Shown: positions 10,243 to 22,524, counted from the stretch's first letter. The stretch: DNA of 64,000 nucleotides from Candidatus Latescibacterota bacterium (GCA_963422735.1 OY730476.1:3296001-3360000); one strand, 5' to 3'. Numbers and translations are program-made. The notes: generated by a model from the sequence alone, not told the origin.

Positions 10243-10891
10243 TGTGGTCGCCCAACACGGGTGGGGCTTTGGTGCTTGGTGCTGGGACCGCTGGCAGGAC
10301 GCCTTGCCCGACGACTTTGCGCTGCACTGTCCAGACAGAGGATACTTTGGCCCAGCCTTGGCGGTTGCGGCTCAGCCTCGCATCGTCTTGGCGCACTCCT
10401 TCGGCTTGCACTTATTGGCACCGCAGCTATGTGCGGCGGCAGAGTTGATCGTGATCATCAGCGGCTTTCGTCGCTTTCACTCCCCGAGCACCCGCCAAGC
10501 CCGGCGTTCGCGCCGCACGGTAGAGCAGATGCTCGTGCGCTTGGAGCGCGAGCCAGCGGCCTTGTTGGCCGATTTTTACGCCCGTTGTGGTGCGCCGCAA
10601 GACAGCCGCTGGCCCGGGGCCATTGACGCCAGCAGCTTGCGCCGCGATTTGCAACTATTGCAGAAGAGCGTACTGGAACTAGCCGCCATACCGGTCGCAG
10701 CACAGGTGCTCATTTTGCACGGCAGCCGCGACCGCGTGGCACCCGTGGAGCGGGCCGAGGAACTGCGCGAGCTGCTGCCCAATAGCGCGCTTGCCATCGT
10801 CGCGGAGGCCGGCCACGCGCTGCCCCTGACGCATGCCCGCGCGTGTTGGGAACGAGTTGAACGGGCTTGGCGCGAGATGCGGCCTGTATGA
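10229..10891 (+). CDS. Alpha/beta hydrolase, probable pimeloyl-ACP methyl ester esterase (BioH/BioG role)
   Basis: HGWG oxyanion motif, AHSFG nucleophile elbow, HGSRD and AGHALP triad segments; lies between bioF and bioC. Confidence 0.8.
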   Translation: MVGVDVVAQHGWGFGAWCWDRWQDALPDDFALHCPDRGYFGPALAVAAQPRIVLAHSFGLHLLAPQLCAAAELIVIISGFRRFHSPSTRQARRSRRTVEQMLVRLEREPAALLADFYARCGAPQDSRWPGAIDASSLRRDLQLLQKSVLELAAIPVAAQVLILHGSRDRVAPVERAEELRELLPNSALAIVAEAGHALPLTHARACWERVERAWREMRPV

Positions 10892-11694
10892 CGGAAGCAA
10901 GTTTCAAAGCGCGCGTCGTCGAGAATTTCTCCCGCAGCACCTCGACGTACGACCGCCACGCCGATGAGCAGCGCGTTGGGGCCGCCACTTTGGCCACATG
11001 CGCCGCCGAGTGCGCTGGAAATATAGTAGAAGGCCCAGTGCTCGAAATCGGTTGTGGCACAGGCTTTTTGAGCGCGTCCTTGGCCACGCTCTTCCCTAGG
11101 CGCCGCTTGGAGTTGACCGACCTCGCGCCGGCGATGGTCGCGCATTGTCGGCAAAAAGTGGCCGCCAAGGTCGCCCATCCAGACATCCGCTACCGGGTAT
11201 TGGACGGGGAGCAGCTAGGAAGTGAGGGATGCTACGCCTTGATCTGCGCCAGCTTTGTGGTTCACTGGTTCGCCGATTTGCGTGCGGGCCTACAGCAGCT
11301 ACTGGCCGCGCTCAAACCCGGCGGGCAATTGCTCTGCTCCTATCCGGGAGCGGGTTCATACGCCGAATGGCACCGCCAATGTGCGCGCCAAGACATCCCC
11401 TGTAGCGCCAACGCCTTGCCCGACTTAGCGTCCGTCGCCCGCGTATTCGCCGCCGAGCCGGTCGTGGTGCGCCAATGGGAACAGGTGCTCGCGCTGCGCT
11501 TCCCAACCGCGCGCGCCTTCTTGCGCCACTTCAAGCGCACGGGTGCCCACACGTCGGCGCGACTGAGCGCCCTCGGCCCAGCGCAATTGCGCCGGCTTGT
11601 GCGCGGCTGGGACCGCGACTGCCCCAACGGCGTGGAGATTACATGTGCTCTTCATTATCTAGTTGTCGAGAAAGCGGGGGTCTGTGGCGACTGA
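10888..11694 (+). CDS. bioC: Malonyl-ACP O-methyltransferase
   Basis: FSRSTSTYDRHADEQ, SAM motif VLEIGCGTG, LKPGG; bio operon context. Confidence 0.85.
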   Translation: MTEASFKARVVENFSRSTSTYDRHADEQRVGAATLATCAAECAGNIVEGPVLEIGCGTGFLSASLATLFPRRRLELTDLAPAMVAHCRQKVAAKVAHPDIRYRVLDGEQLGSEGCYALICASFVVHWFADLRAGLQQLLAALKPGGQLLCSYPGAGSYAEWHRQCARQDIPCSANALPDLASVARVFAAEPVVVRQWEQVLALRFPTARAFLRHFKRTGAHTSARLSALGPAQLRRLVRGWDRDCPNGVEITCALHYLVVEKAGVCGD

Positions 11695-12307
11695 ACTCCC
11701 CTCGCGCTTGTTCGTCACCGGCACGGATACCGGCGTTGGCAAGTCCTATGTCGCGGCCCTGCTGGCCGCGGGGCTGGAGGCCGCCTATTGGAAGCCCGTG
11801 CAAAGCGGGGCCGATGCGGACGCCGATTGGGTGCGTCGCGTCGCTGGCCTGTCGGCCGAGCGCGTCCTGCCGGAGACCTATCGCTTGCGCGCACCCCTGT
11901 CACCGCACGAGGCGGCCCGGCGCGAGGGTGTGCAGATCGAGATGAGCCGCTTTGCGCTGCCCAAGCGGAAGCACTTGATCGTCGAAGGGGCCGGCGGGGT
12001 TATGGTACCGCTCGACGACCGGCACCTAATGGTCGATCTGATGGTCGATCTGGGGCTGCCGGTACTAGTGGTAGCGCGCAGCGAATTGGGCACCATCAAT
12101 CACACCCTATTGACGCTGGACCAATTGCGCCGCCGCGGTTGTCCGCTCTTGGGCGTGGTGGTCAACGGCCCCCCAAACCCAGCCAATTGCCGAGCTATCG
12201 CCCACTACGGAGAGGTGCCGGTGCTGGCCGCAATTGATCGCCGGGTAGAGCTGTCGCCCGCCAAGGTCCGGGTGCTCTTTGCTCGCTATTTTGGCTGCGA
12301 TGGCTGA
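11684..12307 (+). CDS. bioD: Dethiobiotin synthase
   Basis: FVTGTDTGVGKS, YWKPVQSG, VEGAGG, LGTINHTLLT. Confidence 0.95.
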   Translation: MATELPSRLFVTGTDTGVGKSYVAALLAAGLEAAYWKPVQSGADADADWVRRVAGLSAERVLPETYRLRAPLSPHEAARREGVQIEMSRFALPKRKHLIVEGAGGVMVPLDDRHLMVDLMVDLGLPVLVVARSELGTINHTLLTLDQLRRRGCPLLGVVVNGPPNPANCRAIAHYGEVPVLAAIDRRVELSPAKVRVLFARYFGCDG

Positions 12308-13574
12308 GCGCACTGCTTCCCACGTGTGGTCGCCTTTTACTCAGATGAAGGGGGCGCTGCCGGTGCAGCAGGTGCGCGCTGGCCGCGGGGCGGAGCTAGA
12401 GATGGAGGATGGGCGGCAGATCCTCGACTGTATTTCGAGCTGGTGGGTGACCTTGCACGGCCACGGCCAGCCCGAGATCGCTGCGGCTGTGGCCGTACAG
12501 GCCAAAAAGCTGGAACAGGTAATAGCGGCCGGATTTACCCATCGCCCCGCCGAAGAGCTAGCCCGGCGGCTGGTGGATGCCTTGCCCGCGCCGCTAAAGT
12601 GGGTCTTCTACTCGGACGATGGCTCGACGGCCGTGGAAGTCGCGCTCAAGCTGGCCTATCAGTTTTGGCGCAACCAAGGCGAGCGCAGTCGCACGCGCTT
12701 TCTACGCTTGGAGGGGGCCTATCACGGCGATACGTTCGGGGCGATGTCGGTGGGGGAACGCTCGCTTTTTACGCGCCCTTTTGCCGACTTGCTCTTTCCG
12801 ACGGACGCCGTGCCCTTTCCGGCTACTTGGGAAGGCGATGAGGAGGTAGAGGCCAAAGAAGCGCGGGCACTCGCGCGGCTGAAGGAACTGTTGGCACGCC
12901 ATCCTAGCCAGTACGCGGCCATGATACTTGAGCCGCTGGTGCAGGGTGCCGGGGGCATGCGGATGTGCCGCCCGCACTTTCTCGCGGCCGTGCAGGCACT
13001 TTTGCGCGAATGCGACGTGTTGGCCATCTACGACGAGGTGCTGACCGGATTTGGGCGCACCGGGGAGCTCTTCGCCTGTGAGAAAGCCGCGACCCAACCC
13101 GATATCATCTGCTTGGCCAAGGGGCTGACCGGTGGCTTTTTGCCCATGGCGGCCACCGTTTGCAGCCAGCAGGTTTTCTCGGCCTTCTATCACGACGACC
13201 CCGCTAGGGCCTTCTATCACGGGCACTCCTATACGGCCAATCCCTTGGGCTGCGCGGCTGCGCTGGCCTCGCTAGATCTGCTCGCTAGCGAGCACTTCCG
13301 CCGCCTAGCGGATTGGCAGTGCGAGGAAGCAGTGCGCCTGTGCGGCCACCAGCGGCTCAAGCGAGTGCGGGTGTGCGGTACGATTGTGGCTGCGGACGTG
13401 ATAGCCGAGGGCGAGGAAGGGGTTGGGCCGCTGCTGAGGGAGCGATTTTTGGCGCGGGGGTTCCTGCTGCGGCCGCTGGGCAATAGCGTGTACGTGCTAC
13501 CGCCCTACTGCATTGAGCGGCCTCAGCTAGCCTCGATCTACGACTGCCTCTGCGAGCTGATCGACGCGATCTGA
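12300..13574 (+). CDS. bioA: Adenosylmethionine-8-amino-7-oxononanoate transaminase
   Basis: VWSPFTQM, SSWWVTLHGH, YHGDTFGAMSV, DEVLTGFGRTG, LAKGLTGG, HGHSYTANPL. Confidence 0.95.
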   Translation: MAERTASHVWSPFTQMKGALPVQQVRAGRGAELEMEDGRQILDCISSWWVTLHGHGQPEIAAAVAVQAKKLEQVIAAGFTHRPAEELARRLVDALPAPLKWVFYSDDGSTAVEVALKLAYQFWRNQGERSRTRFLRLEGAYHGDTFGAMSVGERSLFTRPFADLLFPTDAVPFPATWEGDEEVEAKEARALARLKELLARHPSQYAAMILEPLVQGAGGMRMCRPHFLAAVQALLRECDVLAIYDEVLTGFGRTGELFACEKAATQPDIICLAKGLTGGFLPMAATVCSQQVFSAFYHDDPARAFYHGHSYTANPLGCAAALASLDLLASEHFRRLADWQCEEAVRLCGHQRLKRVRVCGTIVAADVIAEGEEGVGPLLRERFLARGFLLRPLGNSVYVLPPYCIERPQLASIYDCLCELIDAI

Positions 13575-14531
13575 AGCGCCTTGCGGCGGCCGCGCTTCTA
13601 GGTCGAGCAGATCAAAGAGGGCTTGATCGGCGTCGGTGCCGGGGTGGGGAGTAGTCAACAGGCGGTCGCCCGAGAAGATGGAATTGGCCCCAGCCAAAAA
13701 GCACAGGGCTTGCTCGGCCGTCGATAGCTGGTCGCGGCCAGCCGAGAGGCGCACCATGGCCGTAGGAAAGAGGATGCGGGCGCAGGCGATCATGCGGACG
13801 AGTTCCCAGGCGGTCGTCTTTTCGCGGTCGCCCAGCGGCGTACCGGCGATGGGTACCAAGGAGTTGACCGGTATGGATTCAGGTGGCGTTGGTAGCTGCA
13901 AGAGCGCACCGAGCAGGTCAATGCGGTCTTCTTCGCTTTCGCCCATACCCAAGATGCCGCCGCAGCAGACTGATATCCCGGCGCGACCGACGTGGCTCAG
14001 GGTTTCGAGGCGGTCGCGATAGGTGCGGGTGGAGACGATTTCGGGGTAGTAGTTTTCTCCGGTGTCCAAGTTGTGGTTGTACGCGTGGAGGCCGGCTTCC
14101 CGCAGCCGGTGAGCTTGGTCGGCGTTGAGCATGCCCAACGTGCAACAGACTTCCATGCCGGTGGCAGCGACCGTGCGCACCATGTCTAACACGCGGTCGA
14201 ACTCTGCGCCATCGCGGACCTGACGCCAGGCCGCGCCCATGCAGAAGCGCGTGCTACCGGCGGCCGCAGCGCGCTCGGCGGCCTCGCGCACGGCGTCTAG
14301 CGACAGTAGGTCTTGGCGTTCGAGGCCCGTATCAAAGTGGGCCGACTGCGAGCAATAGCTGCAATTTTCAGGACAGCCGCCGGTCTTGATCGAAAGCAGG
14401 GTGCAGACCTGTACCTGCCGCGGATCGTGGTGTGCTCGATGGACGGTCGCGGCGCGGTACACAAGATCGAGTATGGGGCTTTTGTAGAGAGCGACGATTT
14501 TTTCGCACGTCGCGGGTGCATTCAGGCTCAT
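13527..14531 (-). CDS. bioB: Biotin synthase (radical SAM)
   Basis: CPENCSYC (CxxxCxxC), RFCMGAAW, YNHNLDT, RLSAGR, GANSIF. Confidence 0.96.
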   Translation of the reverse strand: MSLNAPATCEKIVALYKSPILDLVYRAATVHRAHHDPRQVQVCTLLSIKTGGCPENCSYCSQSAHFDTGLERQDLLSLDAVREAAERAAAAGSTRFCMGAAWRQVRDGAEFDRVLDMVRTVAATGMEVCCTLGMLNADQAHRLREAGLHAYNHNLDTGENYYPEIVSTRTYRDRLETLSHVGRAGISVCCGGILGMGESEEDRIDLLGALLQLPTPPESIPVNSLVPIAGTPLGDREKTTAWELVRMIACARILFPTAMVRLSAGRDQLSTAEQALCFLAGANSIFSGDRLLTTPHPGTDADQALFDLLDLEARPPQGASDRVDQLAEAVVDRG

Positions 14532-14787
14532 AAATCCTCGGTCAGTTTGTTGGGCTGGCCATCTAAAATCCGAGGTTTAGCCCGGCTTGGCAAGTTCGAC
14601 GGGAGCAACGGGCGGTCCGCATCTGCCGCGCAAATGGCTTGCTCCATCGTGTTTCTTAGCTTTTATTTTTAGGCTGTCTGCGGGAGGGAAACGGGCTGGA
14701 CGGTGCGCCCGCGCTTTGATGTCTGGCCGATTGCGAGACGCTAAAACCTCGGCTACTATTCGGTGGCGAATCAGTGTCCTGTTTTTC

Positions 14788-14816
14788 TTGACAGGTGAGG
14801 CTAGCTGGCTTAAACT
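14788..14816 (+). promoter_or_regulatory. Sigma70-type promoter of the nqr operon
   Basis: TTGACA (14788-14793), 17-bp spacer, TAAACT (14811-14816), about 55 bp upstream of nqrA. Confidence 0.7.
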
Positions 14817-14842
14817 GGCCAGTTTTAGTGGCGTTTCGTTGA

Positions 14843-16225
<1,383 letters not shown>

Positions 16226-16234
16226 ACGCATTCA

Positions 16235-17452
16235 ATGAAGGTTTTGCGAGATCTGCTCGACCAAGCCGAGCCTCTGTTCCACAAGGGAGGGCGGCTGGAA
16301 AAACTCTACGCCCTGTACGAGGCAGCCGATACATTTTTATATACGCCCGGTCGCGTCACTGAGGGGCCGACACACGTGCGCGACGGCATCGACCTCAAGC
16401 GCACCATGATCACGGTCGTCGTCGCGCTAGTGCCCTGTATCTTCATGGCCATGTGGAACACCGGCTATCAGGTCAATCTGGCCATGCAGCAGATGGAGGC
16501 CACCACAACGGGCGAATGGCGTGGGATAATCATCGATATCCTCGGCATCGGCTACAACCCCAATAACGCGCTAGCCAACGTATTTCACGGCTTCCTCTAT
16601 TTCTTCCCAGTCTTTTTGGTGTGCAATATGGTGGGAGGTCTGTGGGAGGGGCTTTTCGCGATGGTCCGCAAGCACGAGATCAACGAGGGCTTCTTGGTCA
16701 CGGGCATGCTCTTTCCCTTGACCCTGCCACCCACGATCCCACTGTGGCAGGTAGCCATCGGCATTAGTTTCGGCGTAGTGCTGGGCAAAGAGGTCTTCGG
16801 CGGAACCGGCAAGAATTTCCTCAATCCGGCGCTGACCGGGCGGGCCTTCCTCTATTTTGCGTATCCCGCCGAGATCACCGGCGACGCGGTCTGGGTTGCG
16901 GCCGACGGCTTTACGCATGCTACCCCGCTAGGGGCTGCTGCGGCCGACGGCATGGCGGCCTTTACTAGCTCGGTGACTTGGACGCAGGCCTTCTTGGGCA
17001 CGATCCCCGGGTCCATGGGCGAAACATCGACCCTAGCCTGTCTGATCGGCGCAGCCATCCTCATAGCGACTCGGATCGGCTCTTGGCAAATCATCGTCAG
17101 CATGACTGTGGCTATGGTCGTCTGCGCCGAGTTACTGTACGCGATTGGCAGCGATACTAATCCGATGTTCGAAATGGACGCGCGCTGGCATTTGGTGTTG
17201 GGCGGATATGCCTTTGGCTGCGTCTATATGGCGACGGACCCGGTGTCGGCGTCCATGACCCCGGCCGGCCGTTGGGTATACGGGGCGCTCATAGGTTTTA
17301 TGACCGTGCTGATCCGCGTGATCAACCCAGCCTTTCCCGAGGGTGTGATGCTGGCTATTCTCTTTGGCAATGTCTTCGCGCCCGTGATCGACCACGTGGT
17401 AGTGCAAGCCAACATCAAGCGCAGGTTGGTCCGGACCGCTGTCAGCTCTTAG
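16235..17452 (+). CDS. nqrB: Na+-NQR subunit B
   Basis: [37 protein letters not shown]-Thr site [16 protein letters not shown]. Confidence 0.96.
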   Translation: MKVLRDLLDQAEPLFHKGGRLEKLYALYEAADTFLYTPGRVTEGPTHVRDGIDLKRTMITVVVALVPCIFMAMWNTGYQVNLAMQQMEATTTGEWRGIIIDILGIGYNPNNALANVFHGFLYFFPVFLVCNMVGGLWEGLFAMVRKHEINEGFLVTGMLFPLTLPPTIPLWQVAIGISFGVVLGKEVFGGTGKNFLNPALTGRAFLYFAYPAEITGDAVWVAADGFTHATPLGAAAADGMAAFTSSVTWTQAFLGTIPGSMGETSTLACLIGAAILIATRIGSWQIIVSMTVAMVVCAELLYAIGSDTNPMFEMDARWHLVLGGYAFGCVYMATDPVSASMTPAGRWVYGALIGFMTVLIRVINPAFPEGVMLAILFGNVFAPVIDHVVVQANIKRRLVRTAVSS

Positions 17453-17466
17453 GAGAGATAGACAAA

Positions 17467-18258
17467 GTGGTTAACGATTCAATAGGTAGAACATTCGGAG
17501 TGGCCCTCGGCGTCTGCCTCATCTGCTCGGTGCTGGTATCGGCGGCGGCAGTGTCGCTACGGCCGACCCAAGCGGTCAACAAGGCGCTCGACAAGAAGCG
17601 CAATATTCTAATGGCCGCCGGCCTGCTGAAGTCCGGCGAGGCCGCAAGCGGCGAGCGCATCGAGGAGTTATACAAGAATATAAATCCCCGCGTCGTTGAT
17701 TTGGCGACCGGGGAGTACGTTGATGGAGTTGACCCGATCACGTACGACCAACGGCGGGCAGCCAAGGATCCAGCGCAGAGCAAGGTGGTACCGGCCGGTG
17801 ATGATATCGCCAACGTCAAACGCCGCGCGCTCCATGCCTCGGTGTACTTGGTCTCGCAGAAGGGCAAGATCAAAAAGGTCATCTTGCCTGTACACGGCTT
17901 GGGGCTGTGGTCAACGCTCTATGGGTTTGTGGCCCTCGATGCCAAGGATCTCAATACCATCCGCGGGCTGGTGTACTACGAGCACGCCGAGACTCCGGGT
18001 TTGGGAGGCGAGGTTGATAACCCTAGCTGGAAGGCCCTCTGGGACGGCAAACAGGCCTTCGACGAAAGTGGCGCAGTGCGCATCGAGGTGATCAGGGGCA
18101 AGGTCGTCACGGGACGGCCTGAAGCCCAATATCAGGTCGATGGGTTGTCGGGTGCCACCATTACCTCGCGCGGCGTCAGGGACATGCTGCGCTACTGGCT
18201 GGATGCGGAAGCCTTTGGGCCGTATCTGGCCAAGCTCAAAGAACGAGGAGTTAGTTAA
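17467..18258 (+). CDS. nqrC: Na+-NQR subunit C
   Basis: GLWSTLYGF, HAETPGLGGEV, FMN site DGLSGATITSRGV. GTG start follows AGGAG. Confidence 0.95.
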   Translation: MVNDSIGRTFGVALGVCLICSVLVSAAAVSLRPTQAVNKALDKKRNILMAAGLLKSGEAASGERIEELYKNINPRVVDLATGEYVDGVDPITYDQRRAAKDPAQSKVVPAGDDIANVKRRALHASVYLVSQKGKIKKVILPVHGLGLWSTLYGFVALDAKDLNTIRGLVYYEHAETPGLGGEVDNPSWKALWDGKQAFDESGAVRIEVIRGKVVTGRPEAQYQVDGLSGATITSRGVRDMLRYWLDAEAFGPYLAKLKERGVS

Positions 18259-18882
18259 ATGGCTGACAAACCGAGAGACGTCCTCTTCAGGCCGCTCTTT
18301 GACTCCAATCCCATTGCCTTGCTGAGCCTCGGTATATGCTCGGCTCTGGCGGTGACGACCAAGTTGGAGACCACCGTCACCATGTGCTTGGCGGTCATTT
18401 TCGTGCTCTGTTGTTCCAACATGGCCGTCAGCGTGATCCGCAACTACATCCCGGCCAATATCCGCATTATCGTGCAGATGACGATCATCGCCTCGCTGGT
18501 GATTATCGTCGATCAGTTCCTGCGCGCCTATGCCTTTGATATCAGCAAACAGCTTTCGGTCTTTGTCGGGCTGATCATTACCAATTGCATTATCATGGGG
18601 CGGGCCGAGGCTTTCGCCTTGCAGAACGGCCCTGGGCTGAGCTTTCTCGATGGCTTGGGCAACGCCTTGGGCTACAGCGTCATCCTGATGGTCGTCGGCG
18701 TGTTGCGCGAGTTATTCGGGTCGGGTTCGCTCTTTGGGGTACAAATGTTCGCACTGGCTGCCGAGGGGGGTTGGTACGCGCCCAACGGTCTGATGCTCCT
18801 GCCGCCGAGCGCGTTTTTCATCATTGGCTTATTTATATGGGCGCTCAGGAGTTGGAAGAGCGAGCAGGTCGAGAAGGAGTAA
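18259..18882 (+). CDS. nqrD: Na+-NQR subunit D
   Basis: [29 protein letters not shown]. Confidence 0.96.
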   Translation: MADKPRDVLFRPLFDSNPIALLSLGICSALAVTTKLETTVTMCLAVIFVLCCSNMAVSVIRNYIPANIRIIVQMTIIASLVIIVDQFLRAYAFDISKQLSVFVGLIITNCIIMGRAEAFALQNGPGLSFLDGLGNALGYSVILMVVGVLRELFGSGSLFGVQMFALAAEGGWYAPNGLMLLPPSAFFIIGLFIWALRSWKSEQVEKE

Positions 18883-18888
18883 CCGAAC

Positions 18889-19500
18889 ATGGTCGAAGCC
18901 TATCTGAGCATATTTATGAAGTCCGTGTTCGTCGAGAACATGGCGCTGGCCTTCTTTTTGGGGATGTGTACTTTTCTGGCCGTCTCCAAGGAGGTGCAGA
19001 CGGCGTTCGGGCTTGGGATCGCCGTAATCGTGGTACAGACGGTTACAGTCCCGGCCAACAACCTAATCTACCAGTACCTGCTCAAGGAAGACGCTCTGGC
19101 GTGGGCGGGCTTGAGTGGGGTGGATCTGACCTTTGTGGGGCTGATTAGCTACATCGGAATCATCGCCGCGATGGTGCAGATCCTCGAGATGTTTCTCGAC
19201 AAATTCGTGCCGGCTCTGTATAATGCCCTCGGCATCTTCCTGCCCTTGATTACCGTCAATTGCGCGATTCTGGGCGGTTCGCTGTTCATGGTCGAGCGCG
19301 ATTACAACTTCGGCGAGAGTGTGGTCTTTGGCTTTGGCTCCGGCTTTGGCTGGGCACTGGCCATCGTCGCGCTGGCGGGCATCCGCGAGAAAATGAAGTA
19401 CAGCGACGTGCCCCCAGGGCTACGCGGTCTCGGGATCACCTTTATTACGGTGGGCCTGATGTCTTTGGCCTTTATGTCTTTTTCCGGCATTCAGCTCTAA
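18889..19500 (+). CDS. nqrE: Na+-NQR subunit E
   Basis: [35 protein letters not shown]. Confidence 0.96.
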   Translation: MVEAYLSIFMKSVFVENMALAFFLGMCTFLAVSKEVQTAFGLGIAVIVVQTVTVPANNLIYQYLLKEDALAWAGLSGVDLTFVGLISYIGIIAAMVQILEMFLDKFVPALYNALGIFLPLITVNCAILGGSLFMVERDYNFGESVVFGFGSGFGWALAIVALAGIREKMKYSDVPPGLRGLGITFITVGLMSLAFMSFSGIQL

Positions 19501-19515
19501 AAAAAAGATCGTCTT

Positions 19516-20754
19516 ATGACTGAAGTTATTTCCGGCGTCGGCATGTTCACCGGCGTGGTGTTGGCCCTAGTAGCCATAATCTTGGTCGCGCGCTCCCGGC
19601 TGGTGACCAGCGGCAATGTGCGGATCCTCATCAACGACGACGAGAGCAAGGCCCTCTCCGTTCCAGCCGGAGGCAAGTTGCTCAACGTGCTGGCCGACAA
19701 CAAGGTCTTCGTGTCTTCGGCCTGCGGCGGCGGTGGCACCTGCGCTCAGTGCAAGGTCAACATCTACGAGGGCGGTGGCGATATCTTGCAGACCGAGACC
19801 AGCCACATTACCAAGCGCGAGGCGCGCGAGGGCGTGCGGCTCTCCTGCCAGGTCAACGTCAAGCAAGACATGAAGATCGAAGTGCCGCCCGAAGTGTTCT
19901 CGATCAAGAAGTGGGAGTGCGAAGTCGTCTCCAACGACAACGTGGCGACCTTTATAAAGGAATTTATCGTCAAGCTTCCCGATGGCGAAACGCTGGATTT
20001 CCAGCCCGGCGGCTATATCCAGATCGAAGTACCGCCCTATGAGTGCGACTTCAAGGACTTTGAGGGGATTGAGGAGCGCTTTCGCCCCGATTGGGATCGC
20101 TTCAATGTCTGGGATTTCAAAGCAGTCAATACCGAGCCTGTCTTCCGCGCTTATTCAATGGCCAATCACCCGGCCGAGGGCAACATCATCATGCTCAACA
20201 TCCGCATCGCTACCCCGCCTCCCGACCGTGAAAAGGGTGGCTGGGAGGATGTGCCGCCCGGCATCGCCTCTTCTTATGTGTTTAGCCGCAAGCCAGGCGA
20301 CAAGGTGACGGTCTCGGGGCCCTTTGGCGAGTTTTTCATCCAGGACACCGACCGCGAGATGGTCTATATCGGCGGTGGTGCTGGCATGGCACCTTTGCGG
20401 TCGCATCTATACCACCTTTTCCACACGCTCAAGGCGGGGCGCAAAGTGTCCTATTGGTACGGGGCGCGCAATCCCAACGAGGTCTTCTACGAGGACCACT
20501 TCCGTAAAATCGAAGAAGAGTTTCCCAACTTCACTTTTCACATCGCCATGTCCGAGCCGCGGCCGGAGGACAATTGGGATGGCTATGTGGGCTTTATTCA
20601 CCAAGTGGTGTACGACCATTATCTCAAGGATCACCCTGCCCCTGAAGACGTCGAATATTACCTGTGCGGCCCGCCCCTGATGCTCCGATCCGCGCTCGGG
20701 ATGCTTGACGATCTAGGCATCGAAGAGGAAATGATCCGCTTCGACGAGTTTTGA
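19516..20754 (+). CDS. nqrF: Na+-NQR subunit F
   Basis: 2Fe-2S motif [21 protein letters not shown] motif [21 protein letters not shown]. Confidence 0.97.
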   Translation: MTEVISGVGMFTGVVLALVAIILVARSRLVTSGNVRILINDDESKALSVPAGGKLLNVLADNKVFVSSACGGGGTCAQCKVNIYEGGGDILQTETSHITKREAREGVRLSCQVNVKQDMKIEVPPEVFSIKKWECEVVSNDNVATFIKEFIVKLPDGETLDFQPGGYIQIEVPPYECDFKDFEGIEERFRPDWDRFNVWDFKAVNTEPVFRAYSMANHPAEGNIIMLNIRIATPPPDREKGGWEDVPPGIASSYVFSRKPGDKVTVSGPFGEFFIQDTDREMVYIGGGAGMAPLRSHLYHLFHTLKAGRKVSYWYGARNPNEVFYEDHFRKIEEEFPNFTFHIAMSEPRPEDNWDGYVGFIHQVVYDHYLKDHPAPEDVEYYLCGPPLMLRSALGMLDDLGIEEEMIRFDEF

Positions 20755-20769
20755 GAAACGAGGATAGCA

Positions 20770-20967
20770 ATGAGCACACTTATCGCCGCTTTCGCCGCCT
20801 TTGGGCTGGTCATGGCCGCCATGGCCGTCGGCGTGATTTTCAGCAATCGTCGGATCCAAGGCTCGTGCGGAGGGCTAAACACTATGCGCGATGCATTGGG
20901 CGAGCCTATGTGCGAGTGCGGTCAGGCTCCCGGTTCGTGCGGAGAAGCTGAGTCGAAGACGAGTTGA
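20770..20967 (+). CDS. nqrM: Na+-NQR maturation protein NqrM (DUF539)
   Basis: 65 aa; TM helix followed by [13 protein letters not shown]; directly after nqrF. Confidence 0.85.
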   Translation: MSTLIAAFAAFGLVMAAMAVGVIFSNRRIQGSCGGLNTMRDALGEPMCECGQAPGSCGEAESKTS

Positions 20968-20979
20968 GGTTTAAGCCCG

Positions 20980-21009
20980 AACGGCGGGTTGCCACCGCCG
21001 TTTTTCTTT
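20980..21009 (+). terminator. Intrinsic terminator after nqrM
   Basis: AACGGCGG-7 nt-CCGCCGTT hairpin followed by a T-rich tract. Confidence 0.7.
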
Positions 21010-21022
21010 GCTCGTAGAGAAT

Positions 21023-21265
21023 ATGGTCGCCAAAAAAAAGACTGGGGCATACGCGGATATCGGCCCTTACGTCAGTCTGGGGATTCAATTCGCGGCGACG
21101 ATTCTGCTCTTTGTATTTATCGGCTGGTGGCTCGACGACAAGTTTACAACTACGCCGCTCTTTCTCTTGTTGGGTACCCTGCTCGGCGCGGGTGCTGGGT
21201 TTTACAAACTCTATCGGACGCTGATGGACTTAGATGAGCGGCGCAAGCGGGAGGACGGACGGTGA
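21023..21265 (+). CDS. AtpZ/AtpI-family ATP synthase accessory membrane protein
   Basis: Two TM helices, GWWLDDKFTTTPLFLLLGTLLGAGAGF; first gene of the atp operon. Confidence 0.85.
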   Translation: MVAKKKTGAYADIGPYVSLGIQFAATILLFVFIGWWLDDKFTTTPLFLLLGTLLGAGAGFYKLYRTLMDLDERRKREDGR

Positions 21266-21552
21266 AGTGGGACAGCATCGTCGCTGGCTTGGTGGTCGCT
21301 GGGGTCAACGGCGCGCTCGCGTTAGTGGTGATTCGCTGGGGCTGGGGCAAAGGCATGCAGGTCTTTATGATCGCCTTCTTTGGGGGGATGATCGCGCGAT
21401 TTATCGCCGTGGCGGTCCTCTCGGCACTGGCGCTCAAATGGGCCGAGGTCCATGCCGCGAGTTACGTCATCGCGCTAGTGGCCACGTACTTGCTTTTCCT
21501 CGCGTTTGAAATCCTTTACGTACTCAAGCTACAAGGCCGCTCAAAGCACTAA
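21262..21552 (+). CDS. ATP synthase protein I-like membrane protein
   Basis: 96 aa hydrophobic protein, GMIARF; GTGA overlap with the previous gene; upstream of atpB. Confidence 0.7.
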   Translation: MKWDSIVAGLVVAGVNGALALVVIRWGWGKGMQVFMIAFFGGMIARFIAVAVLSALALKWAEVHAASYVIALVATYLLFLAFEILYVLKLQGRSKH

Positions 21553-21567
21553 AAGGCCCGTGAAGTG

Positions 21568-21596
21568 TTGACAGAAATTTGTGGCCTAATTAATTT
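21568..21596 (+). promoter_or_regulatory. Internal sigma70-type promoter upstream of atpB
   Basis: TTGACA (21568-21573), 17-bp spacer, TAATTT (21591-21596) in an AT-rich intergenic stretch. Confidence 0.6.
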
Positions 21597-21655
21597 ATTC
21601 GGTTGGTTACTGCGACATATCCCTTCCTATTATTTAGATATTCACAAGGCAGTAA

Positions 21656-22486
21656 ATGGCTGGCGATACGCAGGCGGCAGATGCCGCAAATGCGCAAATA
21701 GACATCATAGGGCACATTGTAGATAGTCCTCATCTCGAATTGCCCTTTGTCGACCTGCATCACCTGCTCGCAGGCAAAGTTTCTCTTCCTTCGCTAGAGC
21801 TTTTCGGCATTGACCTCTCCATCACCCGGCACGTAGTGATTATGTGGGTGGCGAGCATCCTGCTCATAGTGCTCATGCTCAGAGCCTTCCGCAAGCCGCG
21901 CACCGTGCCTTCAGGTCTGGCCAATTTCTTCGAGGCCATCGTCGTCTTCCTGCGCGATGAGGTCGTATTGCCCATCATGGGCGAGGACGGCAAAAAGTAT
22001 CTGCCCTTTTTGCTGACGCTTTTCTTTTTTATCCTATTTTGCAACTTGTTGGGGTTAGTTCCCTACAGTGCTACAGCCACTGGTAACATTAGCGTCACGG
22101 CAGGCCTAGCCCTATGCTCTTTTTTCGTCATGCTAGGGGCCGGCATCGCCAACAACGGATTGTTCGGCTACTGCAAGAGCCTGATCCCTTCTGGGGTGCC
22201 GCCGGTGCTGCTCATCATTCTGATTCCCGTAGAATTGATCGGTTTGTTGGTCAAGCCCTTCGCCCTTTGCGTGCGTCTTTTCGCCAATATGACCGGTGGC
22301 CACGTGGCGATTTTGGTCTTTTTGGGTTTGATCTCCATTCTGCAAAGTGAGTGGATCGCCATTGGATCTGTGCCCTTTGCAGTGGCGATTTATATGCTCG
22401 AAATTTTTGTGGGATTCGTCCAGGCCTTTGTTTTTACCCTGCTATCGACGGTCTTTATCAGCATGGCCGCTCATCCAGACCATTAG
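21656..22486 (+). CDS. atpB: ATP synthase F0 subunit a
   Basis: NLLGLVP, TATGNISVT, VRLFANMTGGH, LEIFVGFVQAFVFTLL. Confidence 0.96.
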   Translation: MAGDTQAADAANAQIDIIGHIVDSPHLELPFVDLHHLLAGKVSLPSLELFGIDLSITRHVVIMWVASILLIVLMLRAFRKPRTVPSGLANFFEAIVVFLRDEVVLPIMGEDGKKYLPFLLTLFFFILFCNLLGLVPYSATATGNISVTAGLALCSFFVMLGAGIANNGLFGYCKSLIPSGVPPVLLIILIPVELIGLLVKPFALCVRLFANMTGGHVAILVFLGLISILQSEWIAIGSVPFAVAIYMLEIFVGFVQAFVFTLLSTVFISMAAHPDH

Positions 22487-22524
22487 CAGGGGTTCACACC
22501 GTTCACAAGAGGGAGTATTTGGCT

